DNA from: Thermodesulfobacteriota bacterium
GTDB lineage: Bacteria; Desulfobacterota_D; UBA1144; Nemesobacterales; UBA2774
NCBI GenBank assembly: GCA_965223335.1
Contig: OZ244991.1
Coordinates: forward strand, 1,632,001-1,696,000
Direction: 5' to 3'
DNA length: 64,000 nt
Position numbers and translations under genes: made by a program. The notes below the pieces were generated by a model. That model searched no databases, was not told where the DNA came from, and was given only the letters and a program-made list of their open reading frames with translations. Below are positions 1 through 11,599 of this stretch, piece by piece. Numbering within the stretch: position 1 is the first letter of the stretch; every line of letters starts with the position of its first letter.

Positions 1-555
1 TTCTGAGTATGGAAATGCAAACCGTGGGAATAGGTTTACCAAGTCGGTGATTGCTTTGCCTATGGCCCGGGTCTGCTCTTTTAGGTCTACGTCGAGCACG
101 GTTTTTGTTATTATTGCGAGAGTAAGCCGCATCATCTCTTTATGAATGTCTAGTACCTGACCGTTTTTCCAATCCATGCCCAGTTCCAAGGCGTACTGGG
201 CCATAACATCCCCGTATTTCTGGATTCTTTTGTGATGGAATACGGGTTGAATAGTGCGTCTGTGTTTTAGGTGTTGTTCACCTTCACTGGTTAGCAGTCC
301 CTCTCCGAGCACAAATTTAGAGCGTTCGAGCGCCCTGCTCTTACGAAAGTTTCTGTGGTTTGTAACAAGCACGTCCTTTATATGCTCGGGGTTGTTCAAT
401 AAAAACATTCTGCGTTTGCCGAGCTTAAAATGGACTATGTCCCCGTATTTTTCAGACACCTTCATTAGGAATCCGAAAACGTCACCATAGAACTCAAACA
501 GTGAACCTACTAAAGGCAGCCCTCTAGGCCCTGGGGGTAAGAACGGATTTTTCAT
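1..555 (-). CDS. Cytochrome P450, N-terminal part (runs off window edge)
   Basis: Not in the ORF track. Translated by hand from ATG at 555: MKNPFLPPGPRGLPLVG...YGDIVHFKLG...LNNPEHIKDVL...GEGLLTSEGEQHLKHRRTIQPVFH, a typical P450 N-terminal half. Confidence 0.9.
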   Translation of the reverse strand, partial: MKNPFLPPGPRGLPLVGSLFEFYGDVFGFLMKVSEKYGDIVHFKLGKRRMFLLNNPEHIKDVLVTNHRNFRKSRALERSKFVLGEGLLTSEGEQHLKHRRTIQPVFHHKRIQKYGDVMAQYALELGMDWKNGQVLDIHKEMMRLTLAIITKTVLDVDLKEQTRAIGKAITDLVNLFPRFAFPYSE

Positions 556-599
556 ATCGTTAGACCAAACTGCTTGCTATCTAAGTTACATTGTTGTTT

Positions 600-1484
600 T
601 TACGGTAGTGGTATGTCTTCGAAATTGAATGGAACTTTCTTTATAGAATCCGGTGTGGCTATATAGATAATGAGTTCAGTGTCAGGCGGGGGTGTAGAGT
701 TCTCAAACGAGTATGTATGGAAGTCGCCCATGCGCGAGCGGCTCCACGCTTTAATCCGATTGCCCTCTTTGTCCTGGAACCCGAGGTCTACAATTTTTTC
801 GTTGGGGTCTTTTACAAAGAACTGCAGGCTGTTCTCCTCTTCGGACATAAGTGCTCCGAACATCCCCGAGAAGAGCTCTGCAAACGCTGCGCCGAACTGC
901 TCTGTGGCCTTGTCCAGGTCCGCTTTGTTCGCCTCGTCAAACTCCTTCTTTTTAGCCTCGTAGCTCTCTTTGGTAAGGTACATTACCTGTATGTCGTTAT
1001 CTTTTAGCGTCTTGGCCCCGATGGGCTCACTCGGGTTCGTCATAAACCCCTCTACAATGAGTTTGCTGCCTGTTTTTACCGAGGGTTGAAATAGCTCAAC
1101 CTCACCCGAGAGTGTTTTAATTACCTCGGCTTTACGTGCAGGGTTTTTAAGGCTTATTTTGTCGTCTATCGTGGAGCTGCTGTCTGTGTTCGGGTTAAAG
1201 AAGGTTGAGAACTGATTCTCTTCTTTGATCAAATTGCGTCCTGTGTCATCTGTAGCCTCTTTGATTATCACATCCCTTACACCTAGCGAGTCTGCGACAT
1301 CATCCCCTGTAATTTTTAGCTCCACCTCACATTCGGCAAAAAACTGTCCAGTGGTACGTTTGTCGGTAATATCACCCAGTATTACCCTTGCGTCCGATCC
1401 ATATGCGTCGTATTGTGTGAACAGTAGCAGGTTAGCTATCACTAGAGCACAAACCACAATCAAATTAGAGTTCATCCGTATCAT
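600..1484 (-). CDS. Hypothetical exported protein
   Basis: 294-aa ORF with an N-terminal hydrophobic signal; no family recognised. Confidence 0.75.
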   Translation of the reverse strand: MIRMNSNLIVVCALVIANLLLFTQYDAYGSDARVILGDITDKRTTGQFFAECEVELKITGDDVADSLGVRDVIIKEATDDTGRNLIKEENQFSTFFNPNTDSSSTIDDKISLKNPARKAEVIKTLSGEVELFQPSVKTGSKLIVEGFMTNPSEPIGAKTLKDNDIQVMYLTKESYEAKKKEFDEANKADLDKATEQFGAAFAELFSGMFGALMSEEENSLQFFVKDPNEKIVDLGFQDKEGNRIKAWSRSRMGDFHTYSFENSTPPPDTELIIYIATPDSIKKVPFNFEDIPLP

Positions 1485-1731
1485 ATCTAGTCTCCTTGGC
1501 CCGGTTGTAGATCCGATATTCGAATCTGCGATCTAAAGCTTAACAATAACGCCATATCTATCTAAATCAAGTGGGAATCAATAGAATTATAGGTTCCATA
1601 TTCCAGACTTCCACAACAATTGTATTGAGCACTCATACAGTTACAGTGTGCTATTCTAGGAGCTCCGAGCGTTTGCGACTATTGAGGATAATAGTGTAGA
1701 TTATTAAAATTCTCATGAATCAAAGATTATT

Positions 1732-2190
1732 ATGGAAAGCATAAAAACACTTAGGTTTATATTGAAAGAGTATAAGAATATTGCTGTGGTCGGTTTATCG
1801 GCAAATTGGCATAGGCCGAGCAATTTCGCTGCAAAGTATCTCCAAGAGCACGGGTACCGCGTGATTCCTGTTAACCCGGCCTACAAGGAGGTGCTGGGCG
1901 AAAAATGCTATCCGAGCCTTTTGGATATTGAGGAAAAAGTAGAAGTAGTAGATATATTCCGGCGTCCCAAAGACGTACCACCCATAGTAGAGGATGCGAT
2001 AACCATTGGGGCCAAGGTTGTTTGGATGCAGATTGGTGTTATAAATGAAGAGGCTAAAAAGAGGGCCGAGGAAGCGGGTTTACTTGTAGTGATGAACAGG
2101 TGTATGAAAATAGAGCATGCGAGGCTTTTTGGCGGTATTAACTATGTGGGTGTGAACAGGGATTTAATATCATCTAAAAGGTCAGCATGA
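1732..2190 (+). CDS. CoA-binding protein (YccU-like)
   Basis: IAVVGLS...RPS...YL...[22 protein letters not shown] and VVMNRC motifs. Confidence 0.92.
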   Translation: MESIKTLRFILKEYKNIAVVGLSANWHRPSNFAAKYLQEHGYRVIPVNPAYKEVLGEKCYPSLLDIEEKVEVVDIFRRPKDVPPIVEDAITIGAKVVWMQIGVINEEAKKRAEEAGLLVVMNRCMKIEHARLFGGINYVGVNRDLISSKRSA

Positions 2191-2263
2191 TAGCAAACCC
2201 GGGCTAAGGGATTTTCTTTTTAGTGTTATTGCTTTTAAAAATAAAATACAGGGAGAAAAAGAT

Positions 2264-3553
2264 ATGGCAGATAGAAAATATGGTTTTGAGACACGTTGTA
2301 TCCATGCTGGTCAGCTACCCGATCCCACCACAGGGTCGAGAGCAACACCGATTTACCAAACCACTTCTTATGTGTTCAATGACACAGATCACGCTGCAAG
2401 TCTCTTTAATCTCCAGACCTTCGGCAATATCTACACCCGTATCATGAACCCCACAAACGCGGTGCTCGAAGAAAGGATCGCATCGCTTGAGGGCGGGAGG
2501 GCAGCTCTAGCCGTGTCGTCGGGTATGGCTGCTCAGATGGTAGCCCTACTCACAATCTTAAAAACCGGTGACGAGGTAGTGTCCTCGAGCACACTCTACG
2601 GCGGTACCTTCACTCAGTTCGACTTCAATTTCAGGAAGATTGGGATCGATGTAAAGTTTGTAAACCCCGACGATCCCGAAAATTTCCGTTCTGCAATAAC
2701 CGATAAAACTAAAGCGATCTATGGTGAGACCATAAGCAATCCCCTCGGCAATGTACTCGACATTGAGGCTGTGGCCGAGATCGCCCATGAAGCGGGCCTC
2801 CCGCTTATAATAGACAATACATTCGCTACCCCCTACCTCTGCCGGCCGTTTGAGCACGGTGCCGATATCGTCGTGCATTCGGCTACCAAGTTTATAGGCG
2901 GGCACGGGACCTCGATTGGGGGAGTGTTGGTGGAGTCAGGAAAATTCCCATGGGATAACGGCAATTTCCCCGATATGATAGAGCCCTCTAAGGGCTATCA
3001 TGGTGTGAGGTTTTATGAAACATTCGGGGACTTCGGCTATACGATGAAAGCCCGCTGCGAGATGCTTCGTCCTTTCGGCCCGGCTCTAAGCCCCTTTAAC
3101 GCGTTTTTGTTTCTACAGGGGCTGGAGACGCTTAACCTGCGTATGGACAGGCACTGTGCAAACGCCAGAGGGGTTGTGGAGTTTTTAGAGAACCATCCCC
3201 AGGTCACTTGGATAAACTACCCCGGACTTCCCTCGAGCAAGTACTATGAGCTCAGCCAAAAGTACCTGCCCAAAGGGGCGGGCTCTATCTTTACATTCGG
3301 CATTAAGGGAGGGCTTGGGGCAGGGCAAAAGTTCATCGAGAGCTTAGATATGCTAAGCCACCTTGCTAACGTGGGCGACGCCAAAACGCTCATTATACAC
3401 CCTGCGTCTACCACCCACCGCCAGTTAGACGAACAGCAGCAAGAGAGTGCGGGTGTGACTCCCGATATGATAAGGATATCGGTAGGGCTTGAGACACTTG
3501 ACGACATTATCTGGGACATAGACCAGGCATTGGCAAAGTGCGGGGGTTCGTAG
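2264..3553 (+). CDS. metY: O-acetylhomoserine aminocarboxypropyltransferase (sulfhydrylase)
   Basis: [22 protein letters not shown] lysine motif [31 protein letters not shown]; adjacent to metX. Confidence 0.95.
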   Translation: MADRKYGFETRCIHAGQLPDPTTGSRATPIYQTTSYVFNDTDHAASLFNLQTFGNIYTRIMNPTNAVLEERIASLEGGRAALAVSSGMAAQMVALLTILKTGDEVVSSSTLYGGTFTQFDFNFRKIGIDVKFVNPDDPENFRSAITDKTKAIYGETISNPLGNVLDIEAVAEIAHEAGLPLIIDNTFATPYLCRPFEHGADIVVHSATKFIGGHGTSIGGVLVESGKFPWDNGNFPDMIEPSKGYHGVRFYETFGDFGYTMKARCEMLRPFGPALSPFNAFLFLQGLETLNLRMDRHCANARGVVEFLENHPQVTWINYPGLPSSKYYELSQKYLPKGAGSIFTFGIKGGLGAGQKFIESLDMLSHLANVGDAKTLIIHPASTTHRQLDEQQQESAGVTPDMIRISVGLETLDDIIWDIDQALAKCGGS

Positions 3554-3590
3554 CTGCCCGGGAGTGTTGACTGGGTCTACGGGGGCAAAT

Positions 3591-4760
3591 ATGACAGATA
3601 AACAGTATGGAGAGTCTCCCGTAATTATTAGGGAAGAAGGTTCAGTCGGTATCGTTCAAACGAATTACCATACCTTTGCCCACCCACCCGATACCTTCTT
3701 GATGGATAACGGCTCTACTCTAAACGATATAACGGTTGCGTATGAGACCTACGGCGTTTTAAACAATAGCAAAGATAACGCGGTGTTGATTGAGCACGCC
3801 CTTACCGCCAGCGCTCATGCTGCCGGTAGACACCATACTGACGATAAGTACCCCGGCTGGTGGGATGTGATGATCGGGCCGGGCAAGGCATTCGATACCA
3901 ACAAATATTTTGTTGTTTGTTCCAACATCCTAGGCGGGTGTTATGGCACCACCGGCCCCTCTTCCACAGACCCAGACACGGGCAAACCATATGGGATGAG
4001 GTTCCCCGTGACTACTATCTCCGATATGGTGAGGGTCCAAAAAGAGCTCGTTGAGCATTTGGGCATAAAGCGGCTGCGGACTATTGCTGGCGGGTCCATG
4101 GGCGGGATGCAGGCGCTTGAGTGGGCGCTTTTATACCCCGAGATGGTAGATTCGATTATTTTGATAGCTACCGCCGCACGCTCATCCCCCCAGTCCATAG
4201 CAATCCATAAGGTAGGCACACAGGCCATAGTGCACGACCCCAACTGGCAGGACGGTGACTATTACGACGGCACCCCTCCTGCGAATGGACTGGCAATCGC
4301 ACGGATGCTTGGACATATCACATACCTTAGCGACGACTGGCTTTGGGAGAAGTTCGGGCGTGAACACAAAGACCCCGAGAACATGAAGCTTGAGATTGAC
4401 AGTAATTTCGAGATTGAGAACTACCTGGTGCATCAGGGCAGGAAATTTATAGATAGATTTGATCCCAACAGCTACCTCTACATTATGCGTGCCATAGACA
4501 TTTACGACGCCTCCTGGGGTTACGAAAGCCTCGTGGAATCATTTGCACGCATAAAGTGCAAGAGGGTGTGTGTTAAGTCTTTTTCTGCCGATTGGCTCTA
4601 CCCCTCTTACCAGTCGCGCGAGATAGTGGATGCGATGCTCGCTAACGACATCGATGTAGAGTACCGAGAGATCAATTCTCCCTACGGGCACGACTCCTTT
4701 TTGCTAGAGTACGAAGCACTCACACCGTCTATAGTTGATTTCATAGAATCGCTCACTTAA
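3591..4760 (+). CDS. metX: Homoserine O-acetyltransferase
   Basis: HALT, GWW..MIGPG, GGSMGGMQALEW, RFDPNSY and GHDSFL motifs; ATG at 3591 preferred to the upstream start at 3564. Confidence 0.95.
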   Translation: MTDKQYGESPVIIREEGSVGIVQTNYHTFAHPPDTFLMDNGSTLNDITVAYETYGVLNNSKDNAVLIEHALTASAHAAGRHHTDDKYPGWWDVMIGPGKAFDTNKYFVVCSNILGGCYGTTGPSSTDPDTGKPYGMRFPVTTISDMVRVQKELVEHLGIKRLRTIAGGSMGGMQALEWALLYPEMVDSIILIATAARSSPQSIAIHKVGTQAIVHDPNWQDGDYYDGTPPANGLAIARMLGHITYLSDDWLWEKFGREHKDPENMKLEIDSNFEIENYLVHQGRKFIDRFDPNSYLYIMRAIDIYDASWGYESLVESFARIKCKRVCVKSFSADWLYPSYQSREIVDAMLANDIDVEYREINSPYGHDSFLLEYEALTPSIVDFIESLT

Positions 4761-4769
4761 CATACGGTT

Positions 4770-5651
4770 ATGAAACTAGGTCTTGCACTCGGGGGTGGGG
4801 GGGCAAAGGGCTTTGCGCATCTCGGTGTGCTCGAGGTGCTTGGGGACGCGGGCATTGAGTTTGATGTCGTTGCCGGCACCAGCATAGGTTCGCTCATCGG
4901 CGCAGCCTACGCATCGGACAGCATGGAAAAGTTACATAAAATCGCAAACGACATAAACCTGCTGGATATCCCGCTATTGCTCGGGCCCACCTGGCCGTCC
5001 AAAGGGTTTTTCAGCGGTGCCAGGGTGCTTAGAATTCTAGACCAGTGTGTAAGTGTAAAAAACATAGAGGAGTTGAAAAAACCCTATGCCGCCGTGGCTG
5101 TGGACTTAAACAGTGCAGAGACTGTGACATTCACAAAGGGAGAGCTTAGGACCGCGGTAAGGGCGAGCATCTCAATCCCGGGGGTTTTTAAACCGGTAGA
5201 GTTCGAGGGAAAACTCCTTGTGGACGGAGGGATTCTGGAGCCGCTGCCTGTTGCTGCTGTAAAATCTCTGGGGGCCGATCTGGTAGTGGCTTGCGATCTC
5301 TTGAGTAACCTCGAGGGTTCAAAGCATTACGAGCAAAAGAGCAGATCATCCTTTTACGATTACCTCCGCACGTTTAGTGAAAAGTTATATGTTGAGAAAT
5401 GGTTCGAGGGTAAGGATAACGGCGGCTCCGAGAAATCTATTGTGAGTATAATACAGCGGAGTTCGGTTACGGCACAAAGAAAACTTACCGAGTATAACTC
5501 CATCGCCAACCCGGCCGATCTAGTCATCTCCCCGCCTGTGGCAAACGTAGGGGTCATGGATTTTCACAGGGGCCAATCGATAATAGAGATCGGGCGGAGG
5601 GAGGCCGAGAGGGCCCTGCCCAAGTTAAAACGACTGCTCAAGCAGCATTAA
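4770..5651 (+). CDS. Patatin-like phospholipase (RssA/NTE family)
   Basis: GGGGAKG, GTSIG nucleophile and DGG motifs. Confidence 0.92.
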   Translation: MKLGLALGGGGAKGFAHLGVLEVLGDAGIEFDVVAGTSIGSLIGAAYASDSMEKLHKIANDINLLDIPLLLGPTWPSKGFFSGARVLRILDQCVSVKNIEELKKPYAAVAVDLNSAETVTFTKGELRTAVRASISIPGVFKPVEFEGKLLVDGGILEPLPVAAVKSLGADLVVACDLLSNLEGSKHYEQKSRSSFYDYLRTFSEKLYVEKWFEGKDNGGSEKSIVSIIQRSSVTAQRKLTEYNSIANPADLVISPPVANVGVMDFHRGQSIIEIGRREAERALPKLKRLLKQH

Positions 5652-7062
5652 GTTTTTCACACTTGCTTTTGTTTGCGGCCCACTCAATTGCTATCAGTAT
5701 CCAAATCGGGACAAACTCAATCCACACTACTATGTTATTAAACGTCTCGAGCCTATCGAGCGCATCGAAATAGTAGGACAGGTAATAAAGCGGTAGCGTG
5801 ACGCTTAAGAAGAGCAGCGAATAGTAGGGTGTTATAGTAAGTAGAGGGATTAGCCAAGTGTAGTACCAGGGGAACTGCGTGGGGCTTATGAGGTATGCAA
5901 ATGCTAGGATAAATAGACTCGCACTAAATACTTTTTCTCTATCACACTGCTTATTCAAAATTACATACAGGATAAAGCCAAGTAATAAGAGCGAGATTAC
6001 AATTCTTGCCGCCAGGTATTTATGATAGGCCTTAAATCCCATAAGGGGCAGGGTGTGTTCAGCGAACCATATGAATCCCCTGAATATAGAGTCGTTATTC
6101 TGCCATGTTTTCCCATAGGCTATAAAGCCCGATGTGTCCCCTAACCCGGCCGTCATTATCGGGATCAGCATTATTGCCAAAAGCACACCAATTATTGCCA
6201 AGGGAGCCAAGAGCCTCTTGGGATTGCCGAGCAACGGTTTTAGTGCTACCGGGAGCAAAAACACAGGAAATATCTTCACTCCCACTCCGAGTGTCAGGGT
6301 AAACACCGCCCATAGATACCTGCGCATAACCACCAGCAATAGCCCGCCTATCACAAATGGAAACACTATTACGTCCATGTGCCCCGAGTTAAAAATCTCT
6401 TTTACCAACAAGGGGTTCCACCAATAGATAGCCAAGTGCATATGCGAGAGTCCAAGGGTGCGGAGCCCGAGGCCAAGCAGTATAAGGGTCGCTATATCGA
6501 ATACAAGCAGTATGAGCTTCCAAGTGTATAAGTCCCAGGGACCTATCCAGTGTGAGAGTGCAAACACCGCTTGACCCAGAGGGGGGTATATAGTTCTTAT
6601 CGTCGGGTTATTAATGCTCCCTATCACATCGCCCGACCCATCGGCGAGTTGTTTAAGGGTTTGGGGAACATCTTGTCCCCCTAAAACCTGCTCAGGGGAG
6701 TAGGTGTAGGGATTTATACCCTGTGTGGTAACCGCACCGTCCCAAAGGTATCTAAAATAGTCGTTCTCCAGTATCGGTTCTGTCCCAATCATTAGCGCGC
6801 GCAGTACCAAGCCCACGGCGAATATCCAAAACAGCAGTTTCGTTTTGGGGACGGTTTTTTTTACAGCAGGGACGATGCTCATATATATGAGCGACGAGAC
6901 CATTAGAATTAGTACAAGGGTTACTATGGGTTTATCGCCATGGGGGTATATGTGCGAGAATTGCGGCCCGATGCGGTATAGGTAGTAAAACAGGGACGCT
7001 AAAAGTATCCCTGCGATTATAAATAGGGAGGTGTTAAATTTTTGGCTGTTATAGATTCTCAA
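5638..7062 (-). CDS. Polytopic GT-C glycosyltransferase (GT87-like)
   Basis: DYFRYLWDG, NPY, TIYPP, WNPL..E...SGH.D and PWY motifs; many TM helices; start uncertain. Confidence 0.8.
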   Translation of the reverse strand: MRIYNSQKFNTSLFIIAGILLASLFYYLYRIGPQFSHIYPHGDKPIVTLVLILMVSSLIYMSIVPAVKKTVPKTKLLFWIFAVGLVLRALMIGTEPILENDYFRYLWDGAVTTQGINPYTYSPEQVLGGQDVPQTLKQLADGSGDVIGSINNPTIRTIYPPLGQAVFALSHWIGPWDLYTWKLILLVFDIATLILLGLGLRTLGLSHMHLAIYWWNPLLVKEIFNSGHMDVIVFPFVIGGLLLVVMRRYLWAVFTLTLGVGVKIFPVFLLPVALKPLLGNPKRLLAPLAIIGVLLAIMLIPIMTAGLGDTSGFIAYGKTWQNNDSIFRGFIWFAEHTLPLMGFKAYHKYLAARIVISLLLLGFILYVILNKQCDREKVFSASLFILAFAYLISPTQFPWYYTWLIPLLTITPYYSLLFLSVTLPLYYLSYYFDALDRLETFNNIVVWIEFVPIWILIAIEWAANKSKCEKLNAA

Positions 7063-7106
7063 ATATTGTCTGTGATTCGGGTTTATTCAGACCCAGACCG
7101 GGGAAT

Positions 7107-8060
7107 TTAACCTTCCAGTTCCTCAATATATCTCTCTGCGTCAATTGCTGCCATACACCCGCTGCCAGCTGCTGTAATGGCCTGCCGGTAGATATTATCC
7201 TGTACGTCCCCCGCTGCAAACACCCCTTCTACACTGGTGCGAGTGCTGCCCGAGTCTGTGATCAGGTACCCCAATTCATCCATCTCGAGTTTGTCTTTGA
7301 ACAGCGTTGTATTGGGGTTATGGCCTATGGCTATAAAGACACCGTCGCTCGATTTCTCATTGGTCTCGCCCGTGACCGTATCTTTCAATAGCGCCCCGGT
7401 GACACCGCTCTCTGGGCTACCTAGTATCTCCTCCACCACAGAGTTCCAAATAAAGTTGATCTTCGGGTTTTTCATGGCCCTGTCCTGAAGTATCTTAGAT
7501 GCCCTAAGCTCATCTCGGCGGTGTACGATGTTTACCACAGTCGCAAATTTAGTTAGGAATATGGCCTCTTCCAATGCACTGTCCCCCCCGCCGACAACTA
7601 TCAGTTCTTTGTCTCTAAAGAAAAATCCGTCGCATGTCGCACAGGTGGATACACCGTGCCCCAGCAGCAATTTCTCGGACTCAAGCCCAAGCATCTTGGC
7701 CGATGCCCCCGAGGCTATGATAAAAGCATCTGTTTCTATCACTTTATCGCCCGAATGTACCTTGAAGGGACGGGTGTCCAGATCCACGGCGGTTATCTCT
7801 GCCATCACACATTTTGCCCCAAACTTCTCCGCCTGCTTTCGCATTGAGTTCATCAGGTCAGGTCCCATCACTCCGTCCGGGAACCCTGGGTAGTTTTCCA
7901 CATCCGTGGTGAGTGTAAGCTGCCCACCCGCCTCTAGTCCCTCGAACACAACGGGATCCAGGTTCGCACGCGCAGTGTATAGAGCAGCCGTGAGCCCGGC
8001 AGGCCCCGACCCCATGATCACAATTTTTTGCTTGGTTTCAATCTCATTTAAGTTCGCCAT
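7107..8060 (-). CDS. trxB: Thioredoxin-disulfide reductase
   Basis: GSGPAGLTAA, CATCDG, GGGDSA and AAGDV...RQAITAAGSG motifs; GGAG upstream of ATG 8060. Confidence 0.97.
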   Translation of the reverse strand: MANLNEIETKQKIVIMGSGPAGLTAALYTARANLDPVVFEGLEAGGQLTLTTDVENYPGFPDGVMGPDLMNSMRKQAEKFGAKCVMAEITAVDLDTRPFKVHSGDKVIETDAFIIASGASAKMLGLESEKLLLGHGVSTCATCDGFFFRDKELIVVGGGDSALEEAIFLTKFATVVNIVHRRDELRASKILQDRAMKNPKINFIWNSVVEEILGSPESGVTGALLKDTVTGETNEKSSDGVFIAIGHNPNTTLFKDKLEMDELGYLITDSGSTRTSVEGVFAAGDVQDNIYRQAITAAGSGCMAAIDAERYIEELEG

Positions 8061-8299
8061 AGTATGTGTCTCCAATTTTGCTGCATGTATACTACACCTG
8101 AGCCATGGTTTTTCAAGACAATCCGGCTTAGAGCTTTGGTATTAGATGTCAACTCATGCAATAAAGGTGCATCGTCCTACAAACTCGTGTTTTGTATGTG
8201 CTCTTAGGTATGATTATTAGATATGAAACGTGTTGTATCCAATAATAACTATAGATTCGAGTTTTTGTCTCTGTTCTAAGAAAATCGGGAGAGTGACTT

Positions 8300-9337
8300 G
8301 TGAGTCAAAACTCAATAACCGCAAATCAAAATTCTGGAAATTTGGATGAGGTGTATACGGCTGTGCGGAAACATGTCGGCATAACTGATCTTTCGGACAG
8401 GGGTAAGATTAGTTTATCAGGAAAAGAGCATATTAAATTTATGCAGGGCATGCTTACTAACGATGTAAGTTCACTGGAGCCGGGTCGGGGAGTGCATGCG
8501 GCTGTACTTACGGTTAAAGGAAAAATGATCGCAGATATGAATGTGTATAAAGATGAGTCTTGCCTATTTATTGATACCGAACCCGGGCTCAACACCACGC
8601 TCTATGACCTGTTTACGAAATACAGACTTTCATACAAGGCAGATATTGTTGATGATACAGAGACTTACTGTCTTGTTTCAATGCACGGGAAGTATGTGGA
8701 GCAACTATTAGAAAAGTTTGTTGGTGACAATGTGGAGCTAAGCGATCTGCTGTCGTTTACAATAAAAGATACCAGCCACGGCCTATTGATGATCACAAAA
8801 GTGAACCGGACCGGGGAATCGGGCTATGACATATATGTAAATGCCGACAAGAAGCATGAACTGCTGAGTGAATTGTTGGATATAGGCGAGGAATACAGGA
8901 TTAAAACTTTTGGTAAAGAGGTCCTCGATACTCTTCGCATAGAGGCCGGTATCCCGGTGTATGGGGTGGATATGGATGAAAATACTATACCGATAGAGGC
9001 GGGTTTATGGGATGCACTTAATTTCGAGAAGGGCTGCTATGTGGGACAGGAAGTGATTGCCCGCATAAAGTGGAGGGGGCATGTAAATTGGCACCTGCTA
9101 GGGTTCGTATTGGAGGGCAAGAGTATCCCTGACAGGGACGATAAAATCCTTGTAGGTGACAAGGTAGTAGGTAGGATCACAAGCTCAGCCCTTTCCCCAC
9201 TACTGCGCAAGCCCATAGCGCTCGGGTATATAAGGCGCGAGTTCTCAGAGCCCGATACGAGCGTGAGCATAGAGGTTGGCGGACAGCCGACTGAGGCTGT
9301 GGTTGTTAAACCGCCCTTTATAGATTTGTCTGATTGA
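8300..9337 (+). CDS. ygfZ: Folate-binding YgfZ/GcvT-family aminomethyltransferase-like protein
   Basis: KGCYVGQE signature; GcvT-like fold motifs (DLSDRG, RTGESG). Confidence 0.85.
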   Translation: MSQNSITANQNSGNLDEVYTAVRKHVGITDLSDRGKISLSGKEHIKFMQGMLTNDVSSLEPGRGVHAAVLTVKGKMIADMNVYKDESCLFIDTEPGLNTTLYDLFTKYRLSYKADIVDDTETYCLVSMHGKYVEQLLEKFVGDNVELSDLLSFTIKDTSHGLLMITKVNRTGESGYDIYVNADKKHELLSELLDIGEEYRIKTFGKEVLDTLRIEAGIPVYGVDMDENTIPIEAGLWDALNFEKGCYVGQEVIARIKWRGHVNWHLLGFVLEGKSIPDRDDKILVGDKVVGRITSSALSPLLRKPIALGYIRREFSEPDTSVSIEVGGQPTEAVVVKPPFIDLSD

Positions 9338-9681
9338 TGTATCAGAGGCTTAAAAGTGATTGCTCTTTAGGGATAAGCCGTGTTAAAATATTTCTTGATT
9401 TTATTTTCTACTCAATTATAGTATGGCGGTTGGAATAGGGTTATAAATATCGAAGTATTGGTTGGTATTACACGAGTTTAATTAAAGTAGTTTGGTAAAT
9501 CAGATTTGAGCCGATTTTAAGATCGGCTGAGTGGGTGTTGATGGTAAACTGGGTCGGGTCCAGAGATAAATTTTCCTACGGATACCCAGTGTTTATAAAT
9601 TTGATAGAAAGCTGACTTTCCTGATCATATGTGGTTGTAATGATTGGGAATATGTCGTTGTCTTATTAAGGAGTAATTATT

Positions 9682-10722
9682 ATGATATTCGATGCAATCC
9701 TAGGTTGGTTCTCTAATGACTTAGCAGTGGATCTCGGTACTGCTAATACACTGGTATATGTTCGGGGCAAAGGTATTGTAGCAAACGAGCCCTCGGTGGT
9801 CGCGGTGCAAGAGGACTCGCGCGGTGTAAAGCGTATACTGGCTGTGGGTAAAGAGGCCAAGAACATGGTTGGGCGTACCCCCGGGTCAATCAAAGCTATC
9901 CGTCCGCTTAAAGACGGTGTAATCGCTGACTTTGATGTCGCCCAAAAGATGCTTGAGTACTTTATAAGAAAAACCCATAATAACCGTAAGAGCTTTGTGA
10001 GACCCAGGATCATCGTGTCTGTACCAATAGGGATTACAGAGGTTGAAAAGAGGGCCGTGAAAGAGTCTGCAGAGGCTGCTGGAGCTCGCGAGGTCTACCT
10101 GATAGAGGAAACAATGTCTGCCGCGATCGGAGCGGGAATGCCCGTGACAGAGCCCGCTGGGAATATGGTAGTCGATATCGGCGGGGGCACCACAGGTGTG
10201 GCAGTGATCTCGCTTGCGGGCATAGTCGTGAGCAAGTCCATCAAGGTCGGGGGCGACAAGATGGACGAGTCGATCCTCCAGTATGTTAAACGCAACTACA
10301 ATATGCTTATCGGTGAGAGGACTGCGGAAGAGGTTAAACAGAAGCTGGGTAAAGCGCTTGGTAACGGTGACATGGGTTCGATGAGTGTTAAGGGCCGAGA
10401 CCTTAGAGCCGGTATACCAAAGACCATAGAGATTACATCCGAAGAGGTAAAAGAAGCACTGTCCGAGCCTATAGCCGCAATTGTTGAGGCTATCAAACAG
10501 ACGTTGGAACGCACACCACCCGAGCTAGCTGCCGACATTGTCGATAGCGGTATCGTGTTGACAGGCGGAGGTGCGCTGTTGGGTAACCTAGACGAGTTGA
10601 TCAAAGACGAGACCGGTCTGCCTACTGGCAAGGCCGAGGACCCGTTGACCTGTGTGGTGCTTGGGTCCGGGAAAGCCCTAGATGAGCTTGATTTGCTAAG
10701 AGAGGTCAGTATGGAGTATTGA
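9682..10722 (+). CDS. mreB: Rod shape-determining protein MreB
   Basis: DLGTANT, EPSVVA, DIGGGTT and LTGGGALL motifs. Confidence 0.98.
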   Translation: MIFDAILGWFSNDLAVDLGTANTLVYVRGKGIVANEPSVVAVQEDSRGVKRILAVGKEAKNMVGRTPGSIKAIRPLKDGVIADFDVAQKMLEYFIRKTHNNRKSFVRPRIIVSVPIGITEVEKRAVKESAEAAGAREVYLIEETMSAAIGAGMPVTEPAGNMVVDIGGGTTGVAVISLAGIVVSKSIKVGGDKMDESILQYVKRNYNMLIGERTAEEVKQKLGKALGNGDMGSMSVKGRDLRAGIPKTIEITSEEVKEALSEPIAAIVEAIKQTLERTPPELAADIVDSGIVLTGGGALLGNLDELIKDETGLPTGKAEDPLTCVVLGSGKALDELDLLREVSMEY

Positions 10723-10771
10723 TTCCATACGCTCCAAAGGTATAAGCGATATATAAGTCAATTGATACGAA

Positions 10772-11599
10772 ATGAGGTTTTTAATCCGCCACCCCATTAT
10801 AGTTGTTTTGATACTCTTTCTGTTCGGGGTACAGCTTTCCTCTCAAGACTATAACGATACAAGCAAAGACAGTTTTTTCTCGGGCATTGTGCTTCGGGTT
10901 ACTTACTACCCTCAAAAATTCGTCAACTACACAACTGACAAGGTAGTCACTACATGGCAAAACTACATGGAAATCGTCGATGTGAACAAAGAGAATGCAA
11001 AACTTAAAGAAGAGATCCGCATCTTAAAACAGCAAAATTTCGCACTCAAAGAGGTCGAGAGACAAAACGTAAGGCTTACCAAGCTGCTCGAGCTCACCGA
11101 AGCCACACCCTATCCCGTAGTGTCCGCAAACGTAATCGCCGGCAGCCCATCGGCCATCAGGTCAGAGGTGATTATTATTGACAAGGGCTCGTCGGACGGG
11201 CTTAGGACGGGCATGCCAGTCGCATCCCTGGGGGGTGTGGTCGGACGTGTATTTATGGTTGGCAAGTCAAGCTCCGAGGTTATTCTAATCACCGATCCCC
11301 TAAGCGCTGTAGACGCCTATGTGCACAGAACCCGTGCCAGGGGCATAGTGAAGGGCAACGGAAATCAGTGTGTGATGGAGTATGTAGAGAAGATGTCCGA
11401 TGTGAGTAAGGGGGATAAGATTATATCCTCTGGCAAAGACGGGTTTTTCCCCAAAGGAGTCCTCATAGGTACAGTTCATGAGATCAATGCCGATGGAGGG
11501 TTTGTAAACGCTTCGGTGGTACCGCACATGGATCTGAACTCTCTCGAAGAGGTGGTTATCATACTCAAAACCGTGGATAATATCGTGTTAAATGAATAA
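10772..11599 (+). CDS. mreC: Rod shape-determining protein MreC
   Basis: TM plus coiled coil, IDKGS.DG, GVVGRV, SG.DG.FPKG; synteny. Confidence 0.95.
   Translation: MRFLIRHPIIVVLILFLFGVQLSSQDYNDTSKDSFFSGIVLRVTYYPQKFVNYTTDKVVTTWQNYMEIVDVNKENAKLKEEIRILKQQNFALKEVERQNVRLTKLLELTEATPYPVVSANVIAGSPSAIRSEVIIIDKGSSDGLRTGMPVASLGGVVGRVFMVGKSSSEVILITDPLSAVDAYVHRTRARGIVKGNGNQCVMEYVEKMSDVSKGDKIISSGKDGFFPKGVLIGTVHEINADGGFVNASVVPHMDLNSLEEVVIILKTVDNIVLNE

Noticed and set aside
1485..2263. SAM riboswitch or T-box upstream of the methionine genes
   Set aside because: No recognisable conserved riboswitch core or terminator in either intergenic stretch.
9338..9681. Long intergenic region before mreB with a small hairpin (AGCCGAT/ATCGGCT near 9509-9528)
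   Set aside because: AT-rich promoter-like DNA; a single 7-bp stem is not enough to call an ncRNA.
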